Source: Klebsormidium nitens | Lineage: Eukaryota; Plantae; Klebsormidiophyceae | Length of the DNA: 64,000 bases | NCBI GenBank assembly: GCA_000708835.1 | Contig: DF237316.1 | Location: forward strand, 28,622 to 92,621 | Direction: 5' to 3' | Shown here: positions 31,488 to 45,866 of the stretch, in pieces | How the letters are laid out: each line of letters starts with the position of its first letter | Position numbering within the stretch: the first letter of the stretch is position 1 | The notes under the pieces: generated by a model | Databases searched by the model: none | Told to the model about the DNA's origin: nothing | Seen by the model: only the letters and a program-made list of their open reading frames with translations | Made by a program: the position numbers and the translations under genes

Positions 31488-32997
31488 ATGGTTCGCAATG
31501 GGGTTGCGGGCATCTCCCAACTGAGTGGCGTGCTTTTTGGGGTTTTGATTGGTGCACCTGCAGTGTTCCTTTACACGCACATTCATCTAGCGGTCACAGG
31601 CCAATCTTTGGCCGTTGTTGGAGCTAATGGGATGGTATTATCTCACTGGAGGGGGGCTTGGAGGAGGGCTTTGAACAGGTCATCTCTATGTCCTGAAGGT
31701 GAGTGACATTCTCAAAGTAGGACGCTTGCATTAGCAGACTCAAGAATGTCCCCACTTCCAGTATAGTTAGGATCTTGAAGGGGATGCTGCTCCGGTTTGT
31801 AGTCGTGCTTGACTGCTTGCTGTAGTGTGCTCAGTTGGGCTTGCCTTGGGAGGAATCCAATTCGGTGTTCTTAAAGAGGGCGTCAGATTTCGAAGCGCAC
31901 TAGTAACATCTGAGTCCTTAGGGGACTCCCTCATCGGACGGACTAAATTGCATCTTGGAATTTGTCCCGAGCAACCAATATGCCTGGTTCCGCGGCACAT
32001 GGTCGCCGAGGCGTGACGGGTCACGGGACGCCCCCTTTAAAATTTCCTACTCATCAAAGATTTTGAATGTCAAGTTCACGTCTTTTCATTGTCTAACATT
32101 GCAGAAGCTGGCAAGCGTGCAAGTGATACACTCGAGGCTGTTGCTTTGAGGTACCACTTGGCCATTATAGGGACTCCACATCGCAAGCACCTTTCCCGCT
32201 TTCTTCTTGAGACGATCCTCTCTGTCCACGCAAAAGAAGCACGGCCCACAACACTTTCGCTTGCTTGGGATGCGCATAATGGGAGCAAGCTTCCTAGCTA
32301 TATAAAGAACCTGAGCCCGCAAGTCCATGTTCATAGCCTAGAAGCTGAAATCCCGGACCCTCCTTCTAACAGACCCGGAATTTCAAATGTTTACTCTGCG
32401 CTCCTCATCCCTGAGGAGGTTGGTATGCCAACATTGCCTTCGCTAATGATAGAGGGGGATATTATGCTCGTGGACGACTTCCACCTGTACCTTTCAAAAG
32501 TAGTGCAACTTGTCGAGTCAAAAATGGGTGGATTGGCCCACAGGAAGTACATGGTGACCTTGTATACTCCCATTGATTGGAGACGCATTGGACCCCTTCA
32601 ACAAGTCTTGCAGGTTCGTCAAGGTCTTCGAATTAATGAATCAAGTTCGGCAAACATGTCAACCGTTGAGGGTCTTTCAGTAAACGATTGTTTCCCAGAT
32701 AACTGGGATTATGGGACGCAAGGCGTCTTGGTTTCAGCTCAGGTTCGGAGTCCATTACGCGAGTTTTTAAAACCATACGCTTTGGGTGAACAAAAAACAG
32801 ACTTGGGTATTGACCTGCTTTTCCATGAGTTTCTTCACAAGAACAACGATAGTGTCCTTTGTTTTAGTACGTCACCGTCCCTTGTAGAGCATATGGGCGT
32901 GTTGTCTGCCCTATTTGGAGAAAACCAACGTTTTCACATGAGCAAAGATTTCCCAAGAGAAGTGTCTCTACAGACCGATGAAGCTGGGGATGTCTAG
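31488..32997 (+). CDS. Putative type II membrane glycosyltransferase (GT-A-like); exons 31488-31698, 32105-32997
   Basis: N-terminal hydrophobic segment, phase-1 GT-AG intron in frame, motifs MIEGD, GTQGVLVS and TSPSLVEHMG. Confidence 0.65.
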
Positions 32998-34390
32998 AGA
33001 TCCAATAGACGTAGAGCAGACTCTTCTTCAATCAAGCAGAATTCGCCTCGGAGTCGGTTTTCTCATTATTAGTCTTTCATGGTGAGCGTGATCGAGGGCT
33101 TCTTTGAGCATGTTGCCGCTCCCATGATTGCATAATTCACCCTCGTCATTCAGTCAAGGTGCCAATATGGTCACTATTTTAATCTTGGTCCAAGTTACAG
33201 ATGCCTTTATGTCTTGCTACCTAGTAGCAGATGACTATGTTGCCGAGCAGCGCTTACAATTTAAGCATATGGCTGCTGAGAAAGCTCCGCTCACCATCTT
33301 ACGAGCTACCGCGTTCCGACGTAATTGTCGTGACCGTCATGTTTGATGAGGGTACTCGAGCCGGTTTTAAGACTCGGAAGTACCATCAGACAATTTGTCT
33401 CATGGGCCACCACGACTGATCGATGCAATGCAATGCACTGGCACCAACGATGTGTATGCGGCGTTTTAAAAGAAATCTGCTGCTTGACATATATATAATC
33501 AATTAACATAGCTAATTAACACGTATACTGTCCGACACAGTAAGGATCCATCTCTACTTCCACTCGGCAGGCTGCTCGCAAATCTGAAGAGTTGTATTAC
33601 GTCAGCAATCCAGCTTTCCGTTCACCTCAGTTGTTCACCCCCTTCCACGAAGACCGAGCACAATCAACACATTATAATTCGTTGATAAAGCAGACTAAAA
33701 TCAATTTTGACAAGTGATCGAGTTGCAATCCTTCACGTACATAATCGATACTTTCGGAACGAGGGGCATGATAACAGACTCTATATGGACTCGCGCACCG
33801 TTGATGAACATGTATAAGATCGGACCGCGTCGTTGCAGCATGTGCATTTGTTGTACTCGCCGCCAGGCGGCACCAGTGATCAGTGCTCTTAACGATTTGT
33901 GCACCCTGAAGCCCGCTTTGGCGTCACACTGGCCGGTGTTGAACTTTAGGTTCATTCTTGTACAACTGTCACTATTGCGCGGCCTTATGCAAGCAATTGT
34001 GTGGCCCTTGACGTGTCATTATTACGAGAAGGTCGATACCGCTACGATGTGAAAATCGCATTCACCTGCTGGGTGTAAAGTCAAGTCTTGCCGTGCATCA
34101 GCGGTATCGACGTGCCTTGACAAGAAACATCAGACCTGCAGTTAGTAAGGACGACCCTCTCAAAATGCATGATCTTTACATAAGCTCCTCCGTTCCTATG
34201 TGACAGAAAAAGAGGCGATCACCTGTTTAGCGTGCGGACTGTAGAGGATAGACTGTCTTATTGCTTCCGACCTGAGACCTCTCTGAGACAACGAACTTTT
34301 TGACCAAGTTGTTCTAGACGTTGCTCGAACCCTTTCTACGAAGAATGATCTAGACGGTGCTCGAATCGTCACCGAGTCTTACAGTAGGTC

Positions 34391-37300
34391 TCAACCGTCC
34401 GATGAAAGGTCGTCTTCCGAATGCTCCGACGCTGTCGCCCAAGCCGGCCTCGCTTTTGGCAAAGACGGCCGGGTGCCCAACCGGGGCCCATGCTTGGCCT
34501 GCGCCTTGAACATCTGCAGCCGCTTCTCGGGGTCTGCAACCAAACGGAAAGAAGCGCTCCACAAGTTAAAAATCCGTCACATGCAATGAAAGAAAGGCCA
34601 CGAAGGAAAAAACGAGGGGGCTCAAGAGAGCGCCAGCCCCCTCGTAAAGGTAGAAAGGTTTGGGGCTAAAAGCTGGCTTCTCGAATCTGCAAAGAGTCCA
34701 TCCCGAAGAAGAACTGGACTTCTAACGAATTCTAAGTCGCCAATTGCGGACGAGAGCCGTCGGATAGGACTTCAAAATGCATCGTAGCGGAGTTTTGAGT
34801 GGAGCCGTCAGATAGTTGATTCCGAGAAGGGACTGGCTCATATTGTTTGATAAGCAAGTACTCGGAGTAGCAAAATCGGCCAAGCATAAGCAAACCTGCA
34901 TATCGCCTCAACTCTCAACGACTCAACACATGTCGGGGCAAAGAAGCCCGCTAAGACTTTGTAAAGCAGGGGTTCTCGCAAGAGTAGCTGCTTGGCTTTC
35001 TTGGACAAGCGGAAAGAACTGGGGTGAAGCCTCCAGATTGCAAGTGCTCTTTTCGGGAATCTCGCGCTTAGGAGTCGAGATGGAGTCAAGATTACGTTTC
35101 CTTACCTTGCAAAGTCTTCTGGCGGCGTTCCAACTGACCGTTCCGCAGAAGACGGTCACGTGACCTCAGCGCGGCAGCCGCGGTGCCCTCGTCTTTGAAA
35201 CCCCTGCACATACACGGACTTTGACGTCGGTTCAGTGGTAAGAGCGAGAGATCAACGATCTGTGAGTACGCCGAGGACGGTGTGAAGGCAGCAAATGACC
35301 GATGAATCTTCGTGTCGGGCGTGACATGACTTCAGACGAGAGGTAAGAATGATTCTGTCAGGAAGCGCGGATGCAAACGGACGAAAGGCAAGACGGAAGT
35401 AGGAAACAATGAATCTTTTCGGTAAGTTGTTTGCTCACCATTCTGTTGCAATCTCCGAGATACTCTGCCGCTGCTTCTCCAGCTTCCGCTGCGACCGGGG
35501 CACGTGGGGGCCACGTGGCGTGCTCTGAATGGACCCCCGCACGCTCGACTCCTCATCCAGCTGACGTGGGGTTGATTCGTTGGGGTCCTCAAGGTCGCCC
35601 AACGACCTTCCTCCTGGCTCCGAGAACCTTTTAGAGGTCCGCCAGGCTGGCTCCGGCTGCGAGGAACCTAAGCGGATATCCGGGAGCGAAAAGCGGCCCT
35701 CTCGCGCGTTTTCGCTGTGGCTGAACGAGTCGGACGATCGCGGGGGGGAGAGAGCAGGAAGCGGCACTATGCTGCTGGAGGGGCCATTCCCACTTGGCTT
35801 GTTGTGGGCAGGCGGGCTGGTGTGAATGGGCTGGAGCGGGGACCGTTCCCAAGCAGCAAAACCTGGTGACCCAAGCCTGTGGGAATCTGACGTCAGCTTT
35901 TGGGAGTGCTCTTCGAGAGTCGCCCTTTGCGACGTGTGTACAGTCGCAGGGCTGCCAAGTCCGTTCTCGTCCCCTTCCTTTCCGTTCCGGTTCCGCTCCG
36001 TCCCCATCAGCGGAGCCAGCTTCGTTATCAGCGGACTCCCCCTCACTTCCGGAAGGCCCGAACTCTCCCTAACCCGTCCGTCGCTCATGTCCCGTTGCTC
36101 ACTTGCTTCTCTCGGATCCGCCGGCCCGACCCACCCGTGCTTCTTCACAACCAACGGCGGACCGGGTTTGTCGCCGCTTCCCACTCTAGTTAGCGCGGTG
36201 ACCGGCCGACTTAAACCCCCAAACCCTGTCAGCAAACCCTCCATATCCCCGCCGTAGTCGAAGTCGTCTTCGTCGACGTACTTCGCGGCCGCCATCGCGC
36301 GCTCAATTTTCTTCCGCAAAAAGTGGCCCCGCCAACGCGCCTGCACTGTCCGCGCCGCGGCCTCTCGCGCCACGTGTCGCCCCCTCATTCGCCGCACCCG
36401 GAAGCCCCGCCAGAGCGCCTGGAAGCGCACCGCGGCCGCTGTTTCCGCTGCCCTCTGGCGGAGCTTTCGCTGCTCCGCCAGTTGAGCGGAACGAATCCGG
36501 GCCTGCCTGCCTCTCCAAAGCGCCTGGACTTTCGTGACGAACTCGACTCTCCTTTTTTGCTCTTGCTCGAAGTACCATTCGTTCCGTTGCACGATTGCAA
36601 TTCCGGACTCGTCTGAGTCCTCCGTCCCGAATCGCACATGCTCTCGAAAGCACTGTTGAAGCTGTTTTAGGAGCGGGCTTGGCGCTTTTCCGTTTCCGGG
36701 GGGGACGAACAGCCCGTCTTTGATCCCCCCAACTCCGTCATAAGCGTCGTCCGAAATACCGGCTTCCGAAGCCGTGACCGATTCCGGTCTTTCCGGCGGA
36801 ACGGAAACCTCACTCCGCGAGCTCGTGGGGGCCGCTGCCGCGCTTTCCCGCGTGGAACGCGCGAGCCGAGCCCTCCATTCCGCGCAGAAGTGCTGGTGCC
36901 GGATTCCGGCGGATGAGGCAGCGGAACTCCGCCCGGCGAAATGCCCCTCCCTCTCCCCGAGCTCAACAGCCCGCAGCACCCTCTCCCAGAGCAGCTTTAC
37001 TCGTTCCGGGGGGTCAATTTCCGCTGGCGAACCCACCCCCGGGTCCAGATCCACTTCCTCGGACATACTATCAGGCCCATCAGAAACCGTGATCACTCTT
37101 TGTCCCTGGGGGGATCCCCCGGATGACGGCAGCCTCGCCAGCAGACACGTCAGCAGGCCGGAGCGACCGGTAGAAAGGCTCCGGAGGACGGTTTCTCGCA
37201 GCGTATCGGTGACCGCTTCGTTGTCGAGTTCGCGAAGCCAAGGCACGGCGGAAAGGACGGCGGATGGGTAAGAGGAACCGGGGGAAGCTACCGGGTTGTC

Positions 37301-40300
37301 GTTAAGCTGAAGGGAACGCAGAGAGCGGAGGCAACCGAGGTGGCGTAGATCGCCCGGGTTGGAGATGCAGTTGAAGGAGAGGTCAAGCACCTGAGGAAAC
37401 GGGTTAAGGGTTAGGTTAGCGGGAAACTCTAGCTATGATGCAGATGAAAGAATGATTGAGGACCTGGAATTGGGTTAGGAAGCGGGTTGAGGGGAAACTT
37501 TGGGTTTAAAAATGAAGAAAGAAGGTGGCGGGCCGGTGCGAATCGTGTTGAAAAAGGGGAGACGGAAACGATATCAACTGAGGATCCAAAGCGGAAGACG
37601 GGGACGCTTAAAAGCGATGTCAGCATCTGCTCGTCCAAGCGTCGAACTTTCCTAAACACGCTGAGTTCGATCGGAATATTTCGCAACCTCCCCATGCAAC
37701 TTTTTCTGTTCGTCCTCGTAGACCAAAACCGTTCGCTTCAGTGTACGGCTCTTCCCCTGTATTGAGCAATTGCAACTCTCACCGACATGATTGACAGCGT
37801 CGAAAAGCTCACAAGCAGCCTGCTTCCATCCGTGAGCCGCCGAAAAGTTGCATCAGGAACGACTCTGCCCCTGATCACGCGGAACCAGCAAAGCGGAAAA
37901 CTCAACACAACTGTCAAACCAGAAGCGACACAAAGAGCAAGAACTACTCACCTCTAGATTGAGGCAACCCCACAAAGGTCCAACGGCCTCAATCGCATTG
38001 TCTTGCAGGTAGAGCCTCTGCAAATTCGGCAGCCAGCTCAGCGCGTCTAGGCGCCGGATACCGTTTCCGTTCAGCCACAGCTCGCGCAGCAGAACGGAAC
38101 CCGGCAGGGCGGAAGGGGAGGGCAGCTCCGTGATCTTGTTGGAGGACGCCACGAGTGACGTCAGCAACGGGCAGTGGCGCAGCTCGAACCAGAGGGAGAG
38201 TCCGCGGAGCCTGCGGACGGAAAGCGGACGGAATGACGAGCGGAGTTGAAACGGAACCCCGCGAATCGAAATCACGCTAGAATGTTTTCAGAGAGGCAGT
38301 CGCGAAGCTCGATGACCTCAGGAACCGAAAGTGGACGGATCCTAGAAAAGGTTGCAAGGCCCTCCGACTTGGAAACGAGCGATCTTATCTCACACCGAAT
38401 AGTGATTATGACAGCCCGTCCTTCACAAGAACAACGACACAACGTTTGGAGAACCAATTCAAGCGAGCCCAATCGCATACGCACACCGGATTGGAGACGT
38501 CAGCATATCACGTATAACCTGATCTTGAGAGGTCCGTCGTCCTCTGAAGACGCTCACTATGTTGTTCTCGCTCATCAGGGCAAAACAATTTCAACAAGCG
38601 AGTTCCTCAAAACAACGCTCACTGGTTTCTAGACACGTCGAGCACACGTAACCTCGGCAGCCCTTGTAGCGCGCCCTCGAGCCGCCGGATCACGTTTCCG
38701 GCCAGCTCCAAAACCTCCAGGTTACCGCAAACCCCGCCCAAACCCTGGACGCTGACGATGCGGTTCGCCGACAGGCCGAGCTCCGTGAGCGACGGCCAGG
38801 CGAACGGCGCGGGCTTGCTGACATCACCGGTTCTGCTGGCGTCATCACCCGTGCTGACGTCAGCAACGCCCATCTTACGGGCGAAGTCGACCCGCTTGAT
38901 GAGGTTGGCGTCTAACCGCAGGACCTGCAGAGCCGACAACCCTTCCAACCCCCGGAATGACGTCAGCTGGTTATCCCTAACCGACAGGGTCTCGAGCGTA
39001 CGCGCCAAACCCTCCAGACACCCCTCGAGCGTCTTCAGCCGGTTGACGTCTAACCGGACGAATGCCAGCTGCGGACACCACTTTCCGAGCTGTCCGTTCG
39101 GACCCAAACTCCGCAAACCCTCAAGCGCCAGATCCAGGGTTTGCAGCCCGGTTAGCGCTCCCAAACCTCCGGCGAAGGCTTCAAGCAGCGACTTGGTTAG
39201 CACGGAACCCGCTTCGGTTAGCGCGGACCCAGTCCGAGCTATACTGGCGTCAAGAGCCGCAAGCGCCGCTTGCGACTTTCGGGAGCGCAGCCCGTCCTGG
39301 GCCGCCACGTCTCCTTCTTCGTCGCTGGAGGGATCCCCCTCTCCCTCGTCCTCGCCGCTGACTTCGCCTTCCATTGGTTGCTTGTCCAACGGCCTATGTA
39401 CACACTTTTCAGCTTTCCCGGCGATCGACGGCGCAGATCGAACTGACCGCTGCCAGTTCCATCGCAACCGTTCGATTGCGCTCCAGTCCATTTGGTACGG
39501 CCATACGGGTACCCCTTTCTCTGCGCCCAAAACACTCGAATCCTCTAGCCCACCGGAACCGGAACCAACTCGCGCATCAGCCGACGCATCCACCGTCCCC
39601 CCCTTCCCACTCAGGCTGTTCCACCCCCCCGGCGCATTAGCGAGGAACTGATGCTTCCCTTGAGAACCCATGGCCAGCGCCGTGAGGATGACGTCATGCT
39701 GAGGTTCTCGCGCCGCATCGCAACCCGCAACTTCCTCTCGTGACATAGGCTCGCCCCTCGTATTGCGCTCGAAGACCCCTCCGAGACCGCCGGCGTCCCG
39801 ACAAAGCCGCACGCTTTTCTCCCTTTCTATCGCCACCCTCAGCTTCGCCAGCAGTTTCTCCGGCACGCCCAATCCGACGGCCTCCCGTTCGGCTATTGAC
39901 ACTTTCTCTTCCCCGCCAGCTGCTTTGCCCGGCTGCTCTTTGCTGGTGTGAATGCCCGCTTCGCTGCCGCATTCGCCTCTTACTGCGGTCTTAAAAGCCT
40001 CCAACGCCAAACGCACTCTCGCCGCCTGCACTCGTTTCGCCTCTCTCACCTCCCCCACTAGATCCAACTCCCTCGCCTCCTTAACCCAGTTGTCAACTCC
40101 CTTTTTGCTCCCCCTCTCAGCAGCCGCCGCTAACCCCTCCCTGGTTAAAACTAACCTTTCCGCCAACGCCGCCTTTGCGGACTCGATTCCGTCGTTCCGT
40201 CCCCTCTGCCGCAATGCTCGAGTCAGCGACACAAAGCGGGCTCTAGAACCCGTTTTGGCAACCTGGGTCAGCTCGTTAATCCAGATCTTGACCTGATCTT

Positions 40301-43300
40301 CCCACCTGCTCTCCGCTGCCCTCGCCGCGTCGCCCATGTCCAACCTGAGCGCCTCGCTAACCAACCGGGTTAAGTCTTCCTGACCCCCAATTTGCAGCTC
40401 GATAACCCGGGTTAGCCCCTCCAAAACCCGTTCTCTCCTGAGGTTCATAACCTCCTCTGCGTCGTCAACCTCGTCCAGCAGCCCAAACCCTCTAGCCTTC
40501 CGCACGGCTTCCTCGAACCCGCTGGGACCTCTAAAGCTTCCCGACTGGGCCGTTTCTTGCAGCTCCCGAACCGCTGCGAGGTCCCTCGTTACGACATCTC
40601 TCTCAAATTGATCGAGTCGCCCTTTATTCACACCGAGAGATCGCGCGTCCCGCATGAGGGCTAGGAGGTTTACGAGCGGTAAACCCTCATGAATGCCGCC
40701 CTCGATGCCGGCGAGCTTCGCCGAAACCCGTTCGGTAAAATTTGCTTCAGCGGCAGCGATCTGCAGAGCAACGTTGGCTCCATTTACGGTCCGTCCAAAG
40801 CTTATACGGTTTTTACTGGTTTGGGAGGTCCTTTGCTCAACGTCTTGAAAAGTTGCTGGGCTCAGCCTGTTGCGTGCAGTGGATTGAATCAAAATTCAGA
40901 CTTCGGAGAAGCTCAGTGATAGTAACCCCGTCAACGGCGCTGGAGCCTTGGACCGGCGACGGTCGAGCAATGACTGCTTTGCCGACTCAAGAGATGTAAA
41001 ATCGATCGAGCAGGAAGAAAGAGCCCGTGGCTCGACGGAAGCTGCACCATTTGGGACTTTGGACGTCAGTACTGCCTGCATCCTATGAACTTGGTGGGAC
41101 TGCTGCTGCTGGAGGTGCACGTACTTGAACGGAAGCTTGTTCGACTTGCAGATCCAATGTAAAGAGGAAGAAGCTCCAAACAACCAGGAAGACCGTACGT
41201 TCTGAGGAAAAAGAAACTGGAGAGTAAAGGAATTATGGACAGCCGCGAGAAGCTGAAACAGATGGGAGAAGAGGTCAGAGCAAGGACGCTCACCTCCGCC
41301 TGCGCCACCCCTGCGCTGATCGCCCACTCTCGTGCGCGCTCGAACTCGTCCCGGCTGCCGTCAGCCGCCGCTGACGTCACGGCGGCACGTGCCTCCTCCA
41401 CGCGCGAGCGCGTCCTTCCGATGGCGGCTTCCGCTTCGTCACCGAGCCCCATGGCGCGCGCGCGCGCCCTCCCTCGCTCGAGGCCCCTGACGTCATTCCG
41501 GGCTTCGCAGCGCTTTAGCAACTCCTGAAAGGTGCAATCATGGGACATTTGTTTTTGACTGCTTGCGTCTTCCTGTGCTTGCGCCTCCGTCGTGAATAGT
41601 TGCTACCTACTTTGAACCCCACTTCGATCATTGGTCCTGGCATTCGTGGCACCATTTGTGCAGAACACTTTCCGGGAATGCACCAAGGTTTTCAGAGCGC
41701 AAGTCAAAACGGTACTCCTGGAAAAGATCTTACGAAAGGTCCACGCCTCGGTAGAAATACCAGGGAAGCAGAATGAATATACGAGAGACAGAACAACCTG
41801 GCTGGCGAGGCGCAAGGCAACAAAATACAGATCAGCCACTCACGGTGACGTTTTCTCTGCACGAGAGGAAGTACTTTCGCCGTGCAAGGCACCCCCGAAC
41901 GGCAGCTTGGATACGGACGGCGGCGCAGATTCGGACGCGTGTCCGGTAGGCCCTGTATGCCCGGACGATCCGCTTGGCTGCAAAGGCTTCCCTTGCGGCT
42001 CGCTCTAGTTGCGCTTGGATCGCCTGTACATCGAGCAGAGAGGAACGGTTCACGGATGCTTCAAGATAGCTTTTTCATTTACTTGTGAAGTCAAAGTTTG
42101 AATTCATAGAAGGAGCGCTTTGCTTACATTCTCGTTTCTCCGTCGCTTATTTTCTCAGCTTTTCGCCGTCCTCTGGACGCAAAAGATGGAGGCGCGTAGC
42201 CCGCTCTTCTTAGAGTTGATCTCGACAGCGTTTTACGCGCACTTTCGAAAACGCTGGGGAACGTCGCTATGTTGAATCCCTTCCAACGAAAAGAACACAA
42301 GACCAACTCAAGAGTCAATAGCACCTGCCTAAACTGATTCCTCCTTTTTGCCTCCGGGATTCCCCTCGACTAAGCGCGCAGAAACCTGGAGTGCAAGTAG
42401 AACTTTGTCAAGTATCTCCTGCCGACAGAAAAACTTGTAAGAGAACAGGATTAGCAAGAGAAGAAGGTTCCCCGCACCTGTAGTCGCCGTTCCCTCTCTT
42501 CTTGCCGCTGCCTCCGCTCCTCTTCCTTTCTCCTCGTCGCAGTTTCTGCGGCTGCGCGCCTAGCTTGCTCCCGTGCTGCCTCGTCCGCTTGTCGAGTCAG
42601 CTCCTCTCGGCGCGCCAGCTCAATTGCTGACGTCATCCTGTCGTGGTGGTGCTGGAGGGAGTCCAGCTGGACTTGGTAATCCAGGTCCAGGATCTGGCAA
42701 AGACTTCTAACTCAATAAAATACACTAAACGTCACCTCTATGGTTATGAAGTTTAGATGTGAGGGTATCTGGCGGTGTCGAAACTCTGAGCTTCACTGGC
42801 TGCTGTGGATCGAAAAGAGACATTTATGCAAGTTAAAAACTCCCGACAACGGAAGGTGATAGACTTCCACATTTCCAGGTTTCAGCATGAGGGGAGCCTC
42901 TAAAAAGTTTCAACCGAATGTGTTACAGTGTCTGGTCGGGTCAAAATTTGGAGCGCCTTGGCTGATCCTAGACTCTTTTGTGGAACAGTAGGTGCCTAAA
43001 GGCTGGACTCATTGGGTGCTGATCACTGCTAAAGTTCACAAACCACAGACCACAAACTCGATTCCTCTCAAAGACGTTACTACAACTATCGCAACACCAT
43101 ATGAGATTTCCGAAAGACCTCGCCCTGCATGTCATTCTCTGCCTCCCCCCGAAGGCCGCCACCTATCAAAGAGCAGAAGACATGCACCATACACCAGATC
43201 TGTGCTTGTGGTTATGCTGTCGCTTTTTAACAAAGTAGTTGCCATGCTCTTTGAAAAGGGCACAACCTCACCTCTGCTCGCAAGTCCCTGGCTGGCGCCA

Positions 43301-44231
43301 CTGTGCCTTCCTTTTGTGCCTCTTCAACTTCTTGCATTTCCCTGCGCTCTAGTTCCGTCGCACCTTGCAGCGCCCCTCTCTTTGCACCACTCTTCATATT
43401 CTGCTGCATGGCTGTCCCAGCCTGGTTGGCATCTAGAGGCTCCAGGTTCAATCGAGACGGTTGCTGAGCAACTGGCGAGGGGCTGTTCCCCTCAGAGTCA
43501 GGGTTCATTTGCACCAAAAGTCTTTGCGCAGATACACCTCCAGCGCTTGGGCTACTTTTGGTGGTGGCCTCAGCATTGTACCACCCCTCCGAATTGGCTG
43601 ATTGTTGCGGACCCCATAGGTTGCTTGCAGAAGCATCTCGAGAGCTGCCCTCAACGCAGGATGTGGAGACAACGTCAGGCCCTCGATCTATTTTTTCTTT
43701 TGATGGTGGGGATGAGTTTTGTGAGACTGGTGCAGCTAGCTGGGGTTCGATGGCAGGTGTGTGCTCTGACCGTGGCTCAGCTGCTACGTATTTTGCAAAA
43801 GGCTCAGTTTGAGCGTGAAAGGAGATGGGGTGAAGCAGCTCAGAGGAAGCGGCAGCTTGACGTCTATTCGGCCCTTCCGACCCTTCTTCCGTGGGTTGAG
43901 CCCTCTCTTTGAGCACCTCACCAAGCGACAGGTGAAAAGCATCCAGCTTCCTTTCCCTTTCTTTCAGGAGAGCCTCCAACTTTATGAATGAGCTCTTGTT
44001 CTTCTGAACACCGTCATTGCGGGCCTGCTGGTCCACCGCTCCTGCTTCTGATGCACCGTCAGAAAGGGCACTACGATCAGCGAAGCTATGCGCCGTTTCA
44101 TTGGCTCCACAAAGCCTTTCTTCAGAAGAAAAGGAAGAAGGCGTTTGCTCCCCATCTGTTGGAGTCTGCAATGCATCCAATTGTTTTTGAAGCTCTGCCT
44201 CGACATCCCAATCGTCGTCTGGGTCGTCCAT
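34391..44231 (-). CDS. LRRIQ1: Leucine-rich repeat and IQ domain-containing protein, multi-exon
   Basis: N-terminus MDDPDDDWDVEAELQKQLDAL. IQ motifs (IQAAVRG, VQALWRG, FQALWRG, VQARWRG). LRRs LxxLxLxxNxL at 38.6-39.2, 38.0-38.3 and 37.3 kb. The spliced EW|GFKDEGTA (small exon near 35160-35207) and DPEKRLQMFK match the recalled LRRIQ1 C-terminal motif. Confidence 0.8.
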
Positions 44232-44974
44232 TTCTGCTAGCTAGCGCTAACATGAAGGTACAAACCAAGACACATCGGTTGAGAAGAGATCCTAGCAAAG
44301 AGCGAAGACGCGAATTGGACAATTTGAAAGCTAGCCAAGCCAGCTCACCAGCGCGAATTGACCTTCCAGAATTAGGGTTTGCGCGCTCTACTGTGCAGAG
44401 ACGCCAATGTTTGCGCCAGCCTAGAAGCTAACCGATACTGTTACTGGTACCGGTAACTCATGTGGTACCCCCGAGTGGAGCCAAGCAAACAAACGGAACA
44501 CTCTTAGAACCCAGATTTTCGAGCGGTGCGAACCCAAACCCAGCCTAACCCCCAGTCTAGACACCACCCGCCCCCCGGGCGCATGTTGGAAGGCACACTC
44601 GGTTAATAGGGCACACTGTAGTTACCAGATTGGCTAACAGGAATTGTCAGCCGTCCGATCGCTCTTTGGTAAAGTTGATGATCCGACTGATGACATCATG
44701 CGAAGCGATTTACACCGTTGGTCTCCCCAAGATGCCAATACGACGGTTGTCAATCAAGGTAATCATTTATGTGTGCGGTCGCACATGGTCCATGTGGCTA
44801 CCAATCATTCCATGACGCTGCGCAGCCTGCCTGCGGCCAATGCATACTGGCATGTCGTCATAACCTCACCCAAAGTTCAGGGCGCCGCATTCCCCTGCAG
44901 CTACAGAAACTGCTACGGTGTGATCTGCTTGCCAGCCTGCTGCGCAGGATTGGACCCTAGTGATACATCGAGTA

Positions 44975-45238
44975 CCGTACTGGCAAGGGATTTCACCACC
45001 TTTTGGTGTGAAAACTTAATTTCGTTCATCTTGAGGTTTCACCGGGCGGGATGAGAATATATTTTTCATTTCACACAAGAGCCTTTTTTGATTTTTCCAC
45101 ACTGAAAATAGTCCGAAAAGACATTTTCTTCATAAATTTATTGTTTCACCTTTTCACAGTCGGGGTGACATATACTTTCAGAATTTTCACACTGACCCTA
45201 AAATAGTTTATAAAAGTTGATTTCCCTTGCCGGTACGG
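44975..45238. mobile_element. 264-bp MITE, Tc1/mariner-type (TA target duplication)
   Basis: TIRs CCGTACTGGCAAGGGA (44975-44990) and TCCCTTGCCGGTACGG (45223-45238), 15/16 complementary. TA on both sides; AT-rich interior. Confidence 0.8.
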
Positions 45239-45866
45239 TACATCAAGTTATTTAGTAGTGGACACTGGCCACACCGGAGAAAGAAAGAAGAGACTGAAGG
45301 CATTGCATTTGGTCGATGATCCTACCTACTTTTGCATCGATCAGCATCTTGTTCTCCCCACCACCAACACAAAACCCAAGCTTTCTGAACTACAGCTAAA
45401 GGTCTGGGGGGATCCTAGTGGCGCTTCAGCGGGTGCAGGTGCCGCTCTCTTCGGCGAGCGCTTCGACTGGTGCTCCTCGCCAGCTGGTATTGAAGGACTC
45501 TGACCTCCGACCTAGCAATCTTGAGGTGAGCAACAACGGCCCCCATCGACCAAGGGACCTGAGGGACCTGTTGCGACTGGCTTGAGGTTGGCCTCGAGCA
45601 GCATTGCGTGGTCTGGTCAGCACTGTGCCAAATGCCAGTTTTATGGGTCAGCTTTGATCTCAAAGATTGCTGCTCTGAGCTGCATTCCAAAACGTTTGTC
45701 TGATGCATCTCCATGTACTCTGCTGGATAATTCCGGCTGTCAGGCTGTTCGGCACCTGAGGTTCAGTGGAATTGAGAAGCCAGCTGTAGCATTTCTTCTC
45801 GGTTTCATTTTTAGCACGCACTTGTTTTAGAACCAATCTTCATTCCTCCTTCTGACAGGTGGACCA

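Noticed and set aside
33000-34300. Short ORFs such as 33714-34052
   Set aside because: No splice-consistent structure or recognisable domain.
35794-40296. Numerous + strand ORFs over LRRIQ1, and similar shadows over other GC-rich exons
   Set aside because: Antisense or alternate-frame shadows with no motifs.
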